From assembly GCA_002269645.1 (NCBI GenBank), contig NIVC01000432.1, positions 62,001-126,000 of the forward strand: DNA of 64,000 nucleotides, in the 5' to 3' direction. The position numbers were made by a program, and so were the translations under genes. Below the pieces are notes generated by a model. That model did no database searches, was not told where the DNA came from, and worked only from the letters and a program-made list of their open reading frames with translations. Origin of the DNA: Macrostomum lignano. Its lineage: Eukaryota. Shown here in pieces: positions 11,340-23,168 of the stretch (its first letter is position 1; each line of letters starts with the position of its first letter).

Positions 11340-13892
11340 TCAGCTTTGTCACTGGGAAGTCGCGAAAGTCCCGAGCGGAGACGGAGGCGCTGCCCCGGCC
11401 GCAGACCTCCAGAGAGCGCAAGAACTCTTGCCCGGACGCCGAGGCAGCGGCAGCGGCAGCAGCTGCAGCGGGAGGAACGGGAGACGATGCACTGGACCGG
11501 TCAAATAAGGTTAGCGGCGCTGTAACTGTATAGTCTATGGCCTAAGCCAGCTATGACCGTAGCCTACTATGATCCTAAGCCAGCTATGACCGTAGCCTAC
11601 TATGATCCTAAGTCAGCTATGACCGTAGCCTACTATGATCCTAAGCCAGCTATGACCGTAGCCTACTATGATCCTAAGCCAGCTATGACCGTAGCCTACT
11701 ATGATCCTAAGCCAGCTATGACCGTAGCCTACTATAACCCTAAGCCAGCTATGACCGTAGCCTACTAACCCTAAGCCAGCTATGACCGTAGCCTACTAAC
11801 CCTAAGCCAGCTATGACCGTAGCCTACTATGATCCTAAGTCAGCTATGACCGTAGCCTACTATGATCCTAAGCCAGCTATGACCGTAGCCTACTATAACC
11901 CTAAGCCAGCTATGACCGTAGCCTACTATGATCTTAACACAGCTATGACCTTAGCCTACTATGATCCTAAGACAGCTATGACCGTAGCCTACTATGATCC
12001 TAAGACAGCTATGACTGTAGCCTACTATGATCCTAAGACAGCTATGACTGTAGCCTACTATGATCCTAAGACAGCTATGACTGTAGCCTACTATGACCCT
12101 AAGACAGCTATGACTGTAGCCTACTATGATCCTAAGTCAGCTATGACCGTAGCCTACTATGATCCTAAGCCAGCTATGACCGTAGCCTACTATAACCCTA
12201 AGCCAGCTATGACTGTAGCCTACTATGATCCTAAGCCAGCTATGACCGTAGCCAACTATGATCCTAAGCCAGCTATGACCGTAGCCTACTATGATCCTAA
12301 GCCAGCTATGACCGTAGCCTACTAACCCTAAGCCAGCTATGACCGTAGCCTACTAACCCTAAGCCAGCTATGACCGTAGCCTACTATGATCCTAAGTCAG
12401 CTATGACCGTAGCCTACTATGATCCTAAGCCAGCTATGACCGTAGCCTACTATAACCCTAAGCCAGCTATGACCGTAGCCTACTATGATCCTAACACAGC
12501 TATGACCTTAGCCTACTATGATCTTAACACAGCTATGACCTTAGCCTACTATGATCCTAAGACAGCTATGACCGTAGCCTACTATGATCCTAAGACAGCT
12601 ATGACTGTAGCCTACTATGATCCTAAGACAGCTATGACTGTAGCCTACTATGATCCTAAGACAGCTATGACTGTAGCCTACTATGACCCTAAGACAGCTA
12701 TGACTGTAGCCTACTATGATCCTAAGCCAGCTATGACCGTAGCCTACTATGATCCTAACACAGCTATGACCTTAGCCTACTATGATCTTAACACAGCTAT
12801 GACCTTAGCCTACTATGATCCTAAGACAGCTATGACCGTAGCCTACTATGATCCTAAGACAGCTATGACCGTAGCCTACTATGATCCTAAGACAGCTATG
12901 ACTGTAGCCTACTATGATCCTAAGACAGCTATGACTGTAGCCTACTATGACCCTAAGACAGCTATGAATGTAGCCTACTATGATCCTAAGACAGCTATGA
13001 CTGTAGCCTACTATGACCCTAAGCCAGCTATGACCGTAGCCTACTATGATCCTAAGAATGACTGTAGCCTACTATGGCAGTGCTACTTTCGGTATTCAAA
13101 TTTACATTATTCAGAAAGACAGCAAAACAGCTGTCAATAAGAAATCAGAGAAAACCTCCCATTCATTATTTTTCCTCCTACTGGCACTTGTTCGCATCCC
13201 TAATCTATAAAAAACCTTTGCTTGGCATCTTCTTTCAGCGTCTCTGCTCAGTCAGTCTCAATCTCTTCTTCTTCACAGCAATTCGAACAACGCTGTTAAT
13301 ATCGATCTGTTGCTCAGGACTTGACTGTGCCAGTCGCTTTCACCAAATGAGGGGAATAGGAGCCTGAAAGACAGATCAGAAATCAAGAAATAGGAGCTGA
13401 AAGCTGAATGGAAAGGAGTTGGGAAGGAAACACCGTATAAGAAGACAGCCTACTTAAAGGTAGGCAGGTAGACAGTGAGGTGGAGTCTCATAGGTAGGCA
13501 GGTAGACAGTGAGGTGGAGTCTCACAGGTAGGCAGGTAGACAGTGAGGTGGAGTCTCACAGGTAGGCAGGTAGACAGTGAGGTGGAGTCTCATAGGTAGG
13601 CAGGTAGACAGTGAGGTGGAGTCTCACAGGTAGGCAGGTAGACAGTGAGGTGGAGTCTCACATGTGCAGGGCACACTGCAAGGTCACTGAGGTTCGCACA
13701 CCGCCGCCACCCGCAGGAGCTGAAGAAAGTGCACTCAGAGATGGCCTCCAGCTGCAATTACGATCAAGAAGCGGCGCAGGCGGTGGCGTCGGCATCACTA
13801 AGAAGAAGTCCGGCCTGAACTTCAGCCTGCAGAGCATATTCAGCACGAAGAAGAGCAAGAGCCGGTCAGACTCGAAACTCAATCCCACCTGA
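11340..13892 (+). CDS. possible orphan spliced gene (candidate exons ~11340-11509 and 13670-13892)
   Basis: GC-rich, coding-like segments: SFVTGKSRKSRAETEALPRPQTSRERKNSCPDAEAAAAA...NK followed by a GTTAGC donor, and AHCKVTEVRTPPPPAG...KLNPT* after a TGCAG acceptor. Minisatellite-filled gaps lie between them. The phases do not join cleanly and I recognise no homology. Confidence 0.25.
11535..13075. repeat. 33-bp minisatellite (CTATGACCGTAGCCTACTATGATCCTAAGCCAG) with higher-order duplication
   Basis: About 46 copies. The pattern of variant units repeats at a ~557-bp offset. Confidence 0.97.
13458..13662. repeat. 34-bp minisatellite (AGGTAGGCAGGTAGACAGTGAGGTGGAGTCTCAY)
   Basis: Six tandem copies. 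Confidence 0.95.
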
Positions 13893-13989
13893 TCGGTGCA
13901 GCGCCAACTCCCCTTATCTCCCCCGACCGGCGGCCTCTTCGCTGGCTTCCTGTCTCGTCTCCTTTTTGTCTCCTTGTTAGGCTTTTCTC

Positions 13990-14180
13990 ACAGGTAGTGA
14001 TCTTTCTCTCTTTCCCTCTCTCTCCCTCTCTCACTCTCCTCTCTCTTTCTCTCTCTCCCTCTCTCTCCCCTCTCGCTCTCTCCTCTCTCCCTCTCTCCTC
14101 CCTCTCCCCATCTCACTCTCTCCCCCTTCCCTCTCTCACTCTCCTTCTCTCTCTCCCTCCCTCTCCTCCTCTCCTTCTCT
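13990..14180. repeat. CT-rich low-complexity tract
   Basis: Polypyrimidine run. Confidence 0.8.
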
Positions 14181-14417
14181 CTGACCTTTACCTGTCTCAC
14201 TGGCTTAAACTTCGACTTGCTGCTTGCTGCTGCTTCTATGCGTATGTTCTCATCATAGCTTGTATGTTAAGTCTGCTTTAGGGTCCCTTTTCAAATTCTA
14301 GATTTCGTTTGGGAGCTGTACAGCATTTTGATCATTTGGGAGTTGAATTTTGAGGCCAAAATGATGACAAGGTTACTAAAAGTTCAAGTATTCAAAAGGT
14401 AAGAATGGAGCTCAAAT

Positions 14418-15380
14418 GAGGGGAGATTCTACTGAGGTAAGATTCTACTGAGGGGGGATTCTACTGAGGGGGGATTCTACTGAGGGGGGATTCTACTGAG
14501 GGGAGATTCTACTGAGGGGAGATTCTACTGAGGGAAGATTCTACTGAGGGGAGATTCTACTGGGGGGAGATTCTACTAAGGGAAGATTCTACTAAGAGGA
14601 GATTCTACTGAGGGGATTCTACTGAGGGGAGATTCTACTGAGGGGAGATTCTACTGAGGGAAGATTCTACTGAGGGGAGATTCTACTGAGGGGAGATTCT
14701 TCTGAGGGAAGATTCTACTGAGGGAAGATTCTACTCTTAGAATCTTAGAGGGGAGATTAGAGGGGAGATCTCTCTTAGAGGGGAGATTCTACTGAGGGAA
14801 GATTCTACTGAGGGAAGATTCTACTGAGGGAAGATTCTACTGAGGGAAGATTCTACTAAGAGGAGATTCTACTGAGGGGATTCTACTGAGGGGAGATTCT
14901 ACTGAGGGGAGATTCTACTGAGGGAAGATTCTACTGAGGGGAGATTCTACTGGGGGGAGATTCTACTGAGGGAAGATTCTACTGAGGGGAGATTCTACTG
15001 AGGGGGGATTCTACTGAGGGAAGATTCTACTAAGAGGAGATTCTACTGAGGGGATTCTACTGAGGGGAGATTCTACTGAGGGGAGATTCTACTGAGGGGG
15101 GATTCTACTGAGGGAAGATTCTACTAAGAGGAGATTCTACTGAGGGGATTCTACTGAGGGGAGATTCTACTGAGGGGAGATTCTACTGAGGGAAGATTCT
15201 ACTGAGGGGAGATTCTACTGGGGGGAGATTCTACTGAGGGAAGATTCTACTGAGGGGAGATTCTACTGGGGGGAGATTCTACTGAGGGAAGATTCTACTG
15301 AGGGGAGATTCTACTGGGGGGAGATTCTACTGAGGGAAGATTCTACTGAGGGGAGATTCTACTGGGGGGAGATTCTACTG
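14418..15380. repeat. ~16-bp minisatellite (GATTCTACTGAGGGGA)
   Basis: About 60 tandem copies. Confidence 0.97.
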
Positions 15381-15861
15381 CTGTACGAGCCGATTGTTTG
15401 AAAAGTAAACCTAATTACAATCACAAAGTATTATGAATTTAATATCGTACGAGTGTATTACAATGTATTGTATCCATGGGGAAAATAGAGGAATTTTCAG
15501 AATCTATGCTATTCATATCCGCTTGCTTTTTTTCTATTTTTGTCTGTTGAGTCTGCTTAAAGTATTTGGTTCTCTATCTCTCTATTTGCCCGCCTCTCTT
15601 TTGCGTCCTCTTTGTCGCAGAGCTGGTTCGTTACGCATATATGAGTACAGATAATTATTGTCTAGTTTATTTTTGTCAGTTCTGCTACACAGCACAAGTC
15701 AGAGACCACTTCGAATAAACAGAGCTCCCGAGCACAGCCCATCAATTGTCTGCTTATATCATTTATAAATACAGCCTACAGTACCACTGCATTCTGCTAT
15801 TAAATATCGAAGACGTTACTTGAACTACTTTTATCATATTTCATTTTTAAAGCTGTTAAAG

Positions 15862-15863
15862 AC

Positions 15864-15902
<39 letters not shown>

Positions 15903-15903
15903 A

Positions 15904-15938
<35 letters not shown>

Positions 15939-15979
15939 AAGACAGACAGAAAGACAGACAGACAGACAGACAGACAGAA

Positions 15980-16040
<61 letters not shown>

Positions 16041-16052
16041 GGCAGACAGACA
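15862..16052. repeat. (GACA)n microsatellite
   Basis: Directly visible. Confidence 0.97.
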
Positions 16053-16584
16053 GACGGACAGACCGGCAGTGCTCCAGAAAACAGAATTCTCAATTTTTAT
16101 ACCGGCGCAGCTGAAAACGGCAAAAACTGACCAATTAATCGATCGAAGAAAATCTGGGCTATCTACAGACGACACACACAGGAGAATTTTTCAAGCGCAC
16201 AGCGATTTCTAACCGGTTCCGACTAGAAAAATGCTTGCAGAAAATTTTTCGAAATGATTTTTGGGGGCGGCTCAATCAATTAGCCATCCAGGGGTTTGAC
16301 TGTGGATTTGCCACGCCTAGAAACACGATTTCTAAAGGGGCAGCTGCATGGCCTCACACGACGTCTTGCAGCCTCACTTCGCAAATTATATTTTATAATA
16401 ACTCCACCATCTCTAGAAACTCGATTGACATGAAAAAAACGGTATAAATGAAAAAATATTTGCAGAAAATATTCTCCTGACTGGCTACTGTCAGTGGCAG
16501 TTGATGGTTATTTTTAACTATTTTATGGAAGAAAATTCTACTTTCGTCAAATATTTTACACCCTATGCGAATACAGCTAGCTAA

Positions 16585-17395
16585 CTAACTAACAAACTAA
16601 TTCTTGACTTAGCTGCAGGGCGGTCCGAAGACGCAGCGGGAGGCGAGCGTCGCCCATTCCGCAAATCCCTGAGAAGCCCGCATAGGCAAGGGCGCGGGGC
16701 CGGTCAGGGAGGTCTTTGACTCAGCTGCAGGGGGCTCCGTGCATCCGGATGCAGCGAGGAGGCGTTGCTGCCATTTGGCTAATCCCTGGCGACCAGGAGG
16801 GAGTTCAGGAGAGTCCAGGAGGTGGATGATCGCTCGCCCGGTAGCCCTTAGGTAGCGGACGATCTGGCATAGTTTCTTGGTCTGAAAACGTTGGAGAGGT
16901 CCGGGTTTGGTCCGAGATAGGTGAGCCTGTCCTGAGTAAAGGCGGGGCATTCACAGATGAAGGGGCATAAAGGGGACAGATAGAGGGCCATGGTCACTGC
17001 CCTGATGTCCCTGCGGTTGAGTCCAAGCAGGGCGGTGAGGGGGGGTCTGCCGGGCCTGTCTGCAGCGTGGTCTTCGGTAGGGAAGACGGAGGATCGTTTG
17101 GTAGCCCGGAGAAACCGGCTCCGCCGTGGGATTTTCTTGGGCCTGCAAACGTCGTCCCAAGGGACGGGTTGGGCCCGAGGTAGTGTAGCCGGTCACGGTT
17201 CAAGGCCGGGCAGTAGCAGACGAAGTGCTTGGCGTCTTCGTTCTCGAGGTTGCAGAGGAGGCAGAGTTCGCTCCGGCGGACGCCTCGGTGGAAGCAGTGC
17301 CTGGCAAAGCAACCGTGACCTGTGAAGGTCATAGTGAGAGCGCGGATATCTTTTCGATTTTGGTTCAGAAGGGTTCTCCGCAACTTGAGGGACTG
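16585..17395 (-). mobile_element. two stacked 5'-truncated non-LTR retrotransposon (LINE; I/LOA/Lian-like) ORF2 3' ends
   Basis: Copy A (~17050-17395): LLNQNRKDIRALTMTFTGHGCFARHCF...CLLCNLENEDAKHFVCYCPALNRDRLHYLGP, the C-terminal CCHC region of ORF2. Copy B (~16585-17045): LLGLNRRDIRAVTMAL, then an internal deletion, then FICECPAFTQDRLTYLGPNP, ending in a (TTAG)n-like tail. Confidence 0.8.
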
Positions 17396-17399
17396 GCGG

Positions 17400-17808
17400 C
17401 AGTCGGGAATGCCGTATCGTACACGGGTTTCCTAATCAATTGGTGGATTTATTCAAGCCACATGATTTAGTGATTTTCAGGGCGAGGTTGCGAAACAACG
17501 TGCTTCTACGGCCATTGACTTGTCTTTATCTGTGCCAAAATTTGTTCGACCCTGTGGATCCTGAGGCAAGAAAAAGGAGTTTATCGACGAGTTATATCTG
17601 CTTAAGCCGAAACGTTAGGGATCGTAGCGCCGTTGAACATTTGGGTCGGCAGATGTACCCGCGGGCTAGTAGATTTTTGGTACAGGCTTATGACGATGCC
17701 ACAAGGGATAAGGCCTCCAGCCATCTCTTGATAGACTTACGCCAGGAAACGCCGGATATGATGAGACTATCAAGAGGGAGGATATTACGAGCTAGAAGCA
17801 AATTTTGA
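17400..17808 (+). pseudogene. relic of a Polinton/Maverick/adintovirus-type packaging ATPase (A32/FtsK-like), C-terminal half
   Basis: Translation IVHGFPNQLVDLFKPHDLVIF...YLCQNLF...RKRSLSTSYICLSRNVRDRSAVEHLGRQMYPRASRFLVQAYDDATRDKASSHLLIDLRQETPDMMRL. This matches my recollection of the Polinton ATPase pattern (QNLF..RTISLN.HY..LFKNPRD..Q...LARQMYP....FL..AY.DAT..PY.YLLIDL...TPD..RL). Walker A is absent and Walker B is disrupted. Confidence 0.7.
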
Positions 17809-18779
17809 GAAACTGACTAAAGCGTATTAGTTTTTTGTGTTTTTTCATCGAATTATCGTACTTATCCAACCAATTCGGGACTATTAGGGACTAGGGACTA
17901 TTATGTAAACTTAAGCTCATAAGGTTGAATTCCTATTTGTCCCCTTGCTTGTCCTCTCCTATTTTCAGGTCCAATTTTTGTAACTTTTCTTGCCAAATCC
18001 AGCTTCCTCGCGTCACTGTGAGCAGAATGACGCATCATTTGTGTACATAGGTTACTCGGGCTCCACTTTATGAGCTCACACGCCTTAAGTTGACAGGCCC
18101 TTTGTCTCCACTCCGTTATCATTTGTCAAATTATTAAACAAAGGTTACGATATTTAGGCCCGTCCTAGAAAAAATCGAAATAAAACTAGTATATGCGTTT
18201 TATTAAATAACAATAAATATTAGTCAAAACAAAGACTACAGACTAATAAATTGGACAGTGACTGATTGCTACTGGAATAAAGCGAACTGCAGAAAAAAAA
18301 CATAATTCGAGCGGTACAGGTTAATTTCAGATTTGAATCAGGTAAAATATTGCAATGAAGTTTATTGCAAAAAATACTCTATTTTCCTTTAACAAGCAAA
18401 AAATTTTCATGAGGAAGAACTGACTGATTACAAGATAAATATATAAATTATATAAATATTATACATTGCAATTCGATTTTCTTATACTCGTAATTGCTAT
18501 TGCCAGTATAGTATCAGACACGACACGAGTGTTTTATCATGCTACCGCTGTAAAAATCTGAAGTTTCCTCCCACAATCACTAGATGGGACAATCGGCACA
18601 TTTGCGTGTAAGCTACTAACAATTCAGTAGATGGTTCAGTATGAAGCATTTTACTGTGTTTTAGGACAAGACTAATTTTTCTTCACTAAATCTCGACCCA
18701 CGCCCCGCCTCCCAATTTTTACTGCCTTCCTCGGTGTTCCGCCTAAAGCTAGCATGATTATATAGACTCGTTTATTGCC

Positions 18780-18915
18780 CTCTAATTGGCCCCCTGGCCG
18801 CTACTTTCCACAAAAATCTCTACCCCCACGCCCGCCTCTTATTGGCCCTCCGGCCGCGACTTTTCACAAAAAATCTCTACCCCCGCCCCGCCTCTTATTG
18901 GCCCTCCGGCCGCGA
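18780..18915. repeat. ~58-bp tandem duplication (about 2.3 copies)
   Basis: CTCTTATTGGCCCTCCGGCCGCGACTT...AAAAATCTCTACCCCC is repeated. Confidence 0.75.
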
Positions 18916-19184
18916 CTTGAGTTCCTGCTAAAGCTGCCTGTCATGTACATTTTCAATAATGCTGGCTTATGTACAATACGGTTGATCTCATAGCGCGTTG
19001 TTTACGTCTGCAAAACTCCAAACTGGTTTTCTGTTCATAAAATAGCTTATGCATTCTTCCTTGCTACTGAACTGAAAGTAGAGAAACACACTTTTTCGAG
19101 CCAATGTTACATAGACGGCCCATCTAGTTTGTGAATAGCTTCTGAAATATTCATCTCTCATTACTGTAAATTGTGCTGTGCAGT

Positions 19185-20525
19185 TCACGTTAGTGGCGGC
19201 AGTTGCTTTACAGCCGCCGTCCTCTTGATGGGGCCTCGCTTCGGGTCGATGACACGCTGATCTGGTGGAATATTTCTGTAAAGTGAAAAGTCAAGAGAAA
19301 AAATACACTAAAAGGATAGAACAATTGAAATTTCGCCGGAACTTTGCCTTGTCTCTGTATGTTGGCGAAGATCATGATTACATCAGAAAAAAGCTTGATA
19401 AAACTTGTGAATGCACCTCAAAAAAAATCTTAATTGTTGCTTCATTTGAAATAATGAAGTCCTGAAAGTAGAGTCGTGGTAAGGTACATCGAGATCGAGA
19501 TCTTTTGAATGAACCCCAGGATGCTTCGATCAAGATCAAGGGTAATCGTCGCTGCACTTACTTGAGCGAAATACCGTGCCTCTTTCCCTGGTAAGCCGAT
19601 TCGCGATTGACCAAGTCAGCCGAAAAGTTCGCAGCGTCTGCTGGCTGCACGGACAGTCGCAGGGCGTTGAGCTGCGCGCTTACAGAGCTGGCGTTCTGTT
19701 GAACCGCCTTTCGCTCCTCGTTGGCCTTGTGATATGCCTGATAGTAGCATGTAGCGGGTTTTGGTAGACTTAATGTACTTTATGGACGTTTCAAGATTTT
19801 TGGACAAATTCAAATCGAAGGGCTGGAATTGAGAGCCAATTGACATCAATCGGCTGGAATTTAGAGCCTATTAACATCAAGCGGCTGGAAAGTAAGAGTG
19901 AATTGACATTTAAGAATGCAATTAGATTTCGAGAGACGGGACTTTATACAAGTATATACAGTACTTGTATGTAAATATAGCTTTGTAGCTTTTTTTATAG
20001 AGTGTTATAAATTTTTACCTTGGCTTCTTGTTCGATTCGCAGCTCAATGTCAAACAACTGATTCATCAAAGCTCGCTTCTCAGCCTCCAAAGCGGAAAGA
20101 AGGCCGCTTGAAGCGTCATCGCCGAACTCCCCTGGTGGCGCGTTTGCTTTCGAGCTTTTCTTATCTAGAAAGTCGGGGAAAGCTTGCTTAATTTTATTGG
20201 CTTCAGTTTATTTGCTTAAGTTTATTCGATTTAAACTATCCTGACTCGACTCACATGATTGCGACTTGCTTGCTGCAGTGGCCACCTTGGCTTGTAGCGT
20301 AGCCGTCTGCTTTCTTAGTTGTTCATTCATTTCCTGCTGAATTTCGTAGCGCGTCTTCCATTCGCTGTCTGCAAATCGAGTTGAATAAGTACGAACATGA
20401 AGCAATCATTAAAAAGTAAAAGTAAACCATATTTACTCCACTTTGAACTTCGAGGCTTACTTTGCTCATCACTATTTTGCCTTTGCTCTTCTAGCTCGGA
20501 AATCGCAATATCAAGCTCGTCGCAG
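19185..20525 (-). CDS. CCDC169: coiled-coil domain-containing protein 169 homolog (5' end unresolved)
   Basis: Exons with consistent phases and GT-AG sites: ~20525-20471, 20368-20255, 20164-20019, 19737-19562, 19275-19185. Peptides SEWKTRYEIQQEMNEQLRKQ, LEAEKRALMNQL...IEQEAKAYHKANEERK and NIPPDQRVIDPKRGPIKRTAAVKQLPPL match CCDC169 family motifs as I recall them. Confidence 0.8.
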
Positions 20526-22541
20526 TAATTTTAAAGAGTGTCTCTGCAATTTTTGTGCACAAAAATTATCGTTGGGCTGTTTTTATGAAAAATGCCTGGA
20601 TTGTCGAGGAGGTTTCTGTTCTGTAGCCATTAATTTTGCATTTGATACAGAACACAAATGGATTACACAGGCGAAAAAATGCAAACTTACTTGTACTTTT
20701 TTTCTTGGGAAACAATAGACCGCAATTGATCTATTTCAAAATTTTCCGAAAACATAGCGCAGTCCCAGTACGTCAAGTTAAAACTAATACCAAACCAAAG
20801 TAGCTAGCTTTAAAAAGAATATTTACTATCAAGTTGATTTTATGCACCACACTATAAGATCAACTTTTAAATTCCACTTTTTAAATATAAAATCTTTCTT
20901 ATATGTTTTATGCAGCAGTTTTTTGACAAAATTCAGCTACAAACTAGTCTACTTAAAAAATAATATTTAAACTTTTGATTTAGTACGTAAAAATTTTTAA
21001 ACTCGTTGAATCTTCCGCGAAATATACAAGAAACGAAACTGAAACTCCTTTAAATACACCTGTTTCGTATGGTATGTTGAAGTTTAACATGATATATTCT
21101 ACAATTACACAAATTTTTACAAATACATTACCGTGTCTAACATTCTTCAATGTGGTTAATCCATTCTTTTTTCAAATCACTCAGTTTATTCATAGGATTT
21201 TCATTATACACTCTATTTCATTTTGTTTAATAAAGAATTATTATTCAAAGAACCATTGCATTTACTAGATGAAAACTATACGTGCGTATGGATTCCAGTT
21301 TTTTATTTTACTGTCCCAATACTTCTCTAAATTTTGAAAGAAATTTAAACCAGGATTTCTGATGTAGGGATAAAATTTCATTTAATAATAGCATCTAGCC
21401 ATATATTCTTTAATAGCAGGTGTGGACCTGGGGGAGGGTCAAGGAGGCTATGACTCCCCTCAGCTAGTGGCCAAAAAATGGGCCATACTTTTTTATAACT
21501 ATGCATCTTAGGCAATCCTACACTTCCATTCGGTAAACTATTTTAACATTTGAATTTGTACCACCAAGTCAAATGATGTTGATTGGCAATGTGTCTATGG
21601 CCAAAAGTTTGAGCGAACAGAGTTTAAGGGGTGTCAGTTTAAAGAAAGCTGTTTCTTGTGAGCTGCTTGTTTTTTGAGCTTCAATTTCTCATATCTTCCT
21701 GTCTTCAGTGCCATGGCTGGGCGACCTGCAGCACCCGGGTTCATCATCCTGTTAAATGAGGTTCGAAACACTGCCAAGCTACTCAATCTCAACATGTTGC
21801 TACGGGATCTGCACATCATCACCCAGGACATGCTGTTTGCAATGCAGTGGGGCTATTGTCCATTTGGGGCTATCCTGTACTAGATTGGACATTACAATCC
21901 ATTGTAGACACCTTAATGACCTATAGATACTCTAAGTGACTATGCGCTCTAACAGACTGCTACCATGTTCCACTGTTTCAGTTTTGTTTGGTTACATTGT
22001 TATTTAACATGCCTGTTCAAAATTCAGTGTCAAAATAATTTACCAAACGGAAGTGTAGGATTGCCACATCTTGCATATAGATTTTCTAATATTTTCTTGT
22101 AGTTGCTTGATATAGCTTGCTTTTTAGAAATTATGACTATTTAGATTTCTATTAGTAGTAGGCCCTACTATTGTATTAGAATAATAGGGCATATAATATA
22201 TGCTAATATTAAAAATTATCAGATGGGATACTTTATTTTCTAAGTAAATACTTTATATATGCTATAAATATAAAATATTTTTAATACCACTTATAAACTT
22301 ATTATTATAAACTAAAATATACAGTTTTAATATTAAAATTTATTGAAAACTTATCTAATAAATTTAGTTATCCTTAGTATTGAAGTCTAGGTTAATATAA
22401 AAATTAGAAATCTTTTTAAGTTTTTTAATATCAATGACTCTAGCTAATAGGTTATATATCTAAGCGAAGTTGTTTTCCTTGTAGCTAGTACAAGAAGTAC
22501 TACTGCTAATGTTATATAAGTACCTTATTAATCATGCTTGG

Positions 22542-22697
22542 GCGCAACCTTGGGATTCACCCGGCCGTTTCTATTGGCAACACATGCATGTAAGTCGCTA
22601 TTGGCTGAGAGCAGTCACGTGACTACTGTTCTGTCCAATAGCGACTTACATGCGTGTGTTGCCAATAGAAACGGCCGAGTGAATCCCAAAGTTGCGC
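22542..22697. mobile_element. near-perfect 156-bp palindrome (fold-back MITE-like), centre GTCACGTGAC
   Basis: The left arm GCGCAACCTTGGGATTCACCCGGCCGTTTCTATTGGCAACAC... is the reverse complement of the right arm, with few mismatches and no spacer. Confidence 0.8.
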
Positions 22698-23168
22698 ATG
22701 TATGTTATTAATAGGGATATGTATGTACTTGGCATTTTGTTGATTGCTTTTTGCTGATACCAGCACTTTGGACATTGCTAACAGTGGCTTAAATTTGTGC
22801 CTAGACCCTAAAATGCATTGTGTACCTCTTTTGACATGCTTGACTAGCTAATAATATAATTTTTTGTTATTGATTATTATTAAAATAAAGAATTTTTGTT
22901 TAGATTTAACTTGATACATAATTTATGTTAAAAGTAAATTAATGTTTACTCATATGCATCATATTATTATTCTAGATTTGAGCAACTTTCCTAAATATCA
23001 TATTGTTACATTGCTGCTTTGGTCATGGCATACATAGCTAAGAAAGTTTTATATAATATTTAATAATATAAAGACAAAGAATCTTATGCCAATGTAGCTT
23101 TAAACAAGCAAATCATTTTTGTTTTAATTTTTTAAAAAGCATCTAAACATTTTTCCCAACTTTCTTGC

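Noticed and set aside
11761-12500. Telomere-like TAACCCTAA motifs
   Set aside because: Single isolated motifs within variant minisatellite units, not (TTAGGG)n tracts.
11553-13140. ORFs of repeated MTVAYYDPKPA
   Set aside because: Translation of a 33-bp (3n) tandem repeat, interrupted by stop-containing variant units.
15800-16212. (TDRQ)n and (LSVC)n ORFs
   Set aside because: (GACA)n microsatellite.
21674-21883. Possible upstream exon of the MutL-CTD gene
   Set aside because: An acceptor-like site is present, but the frame ends in a stop, has no MutL similarity and has no convincing donor.
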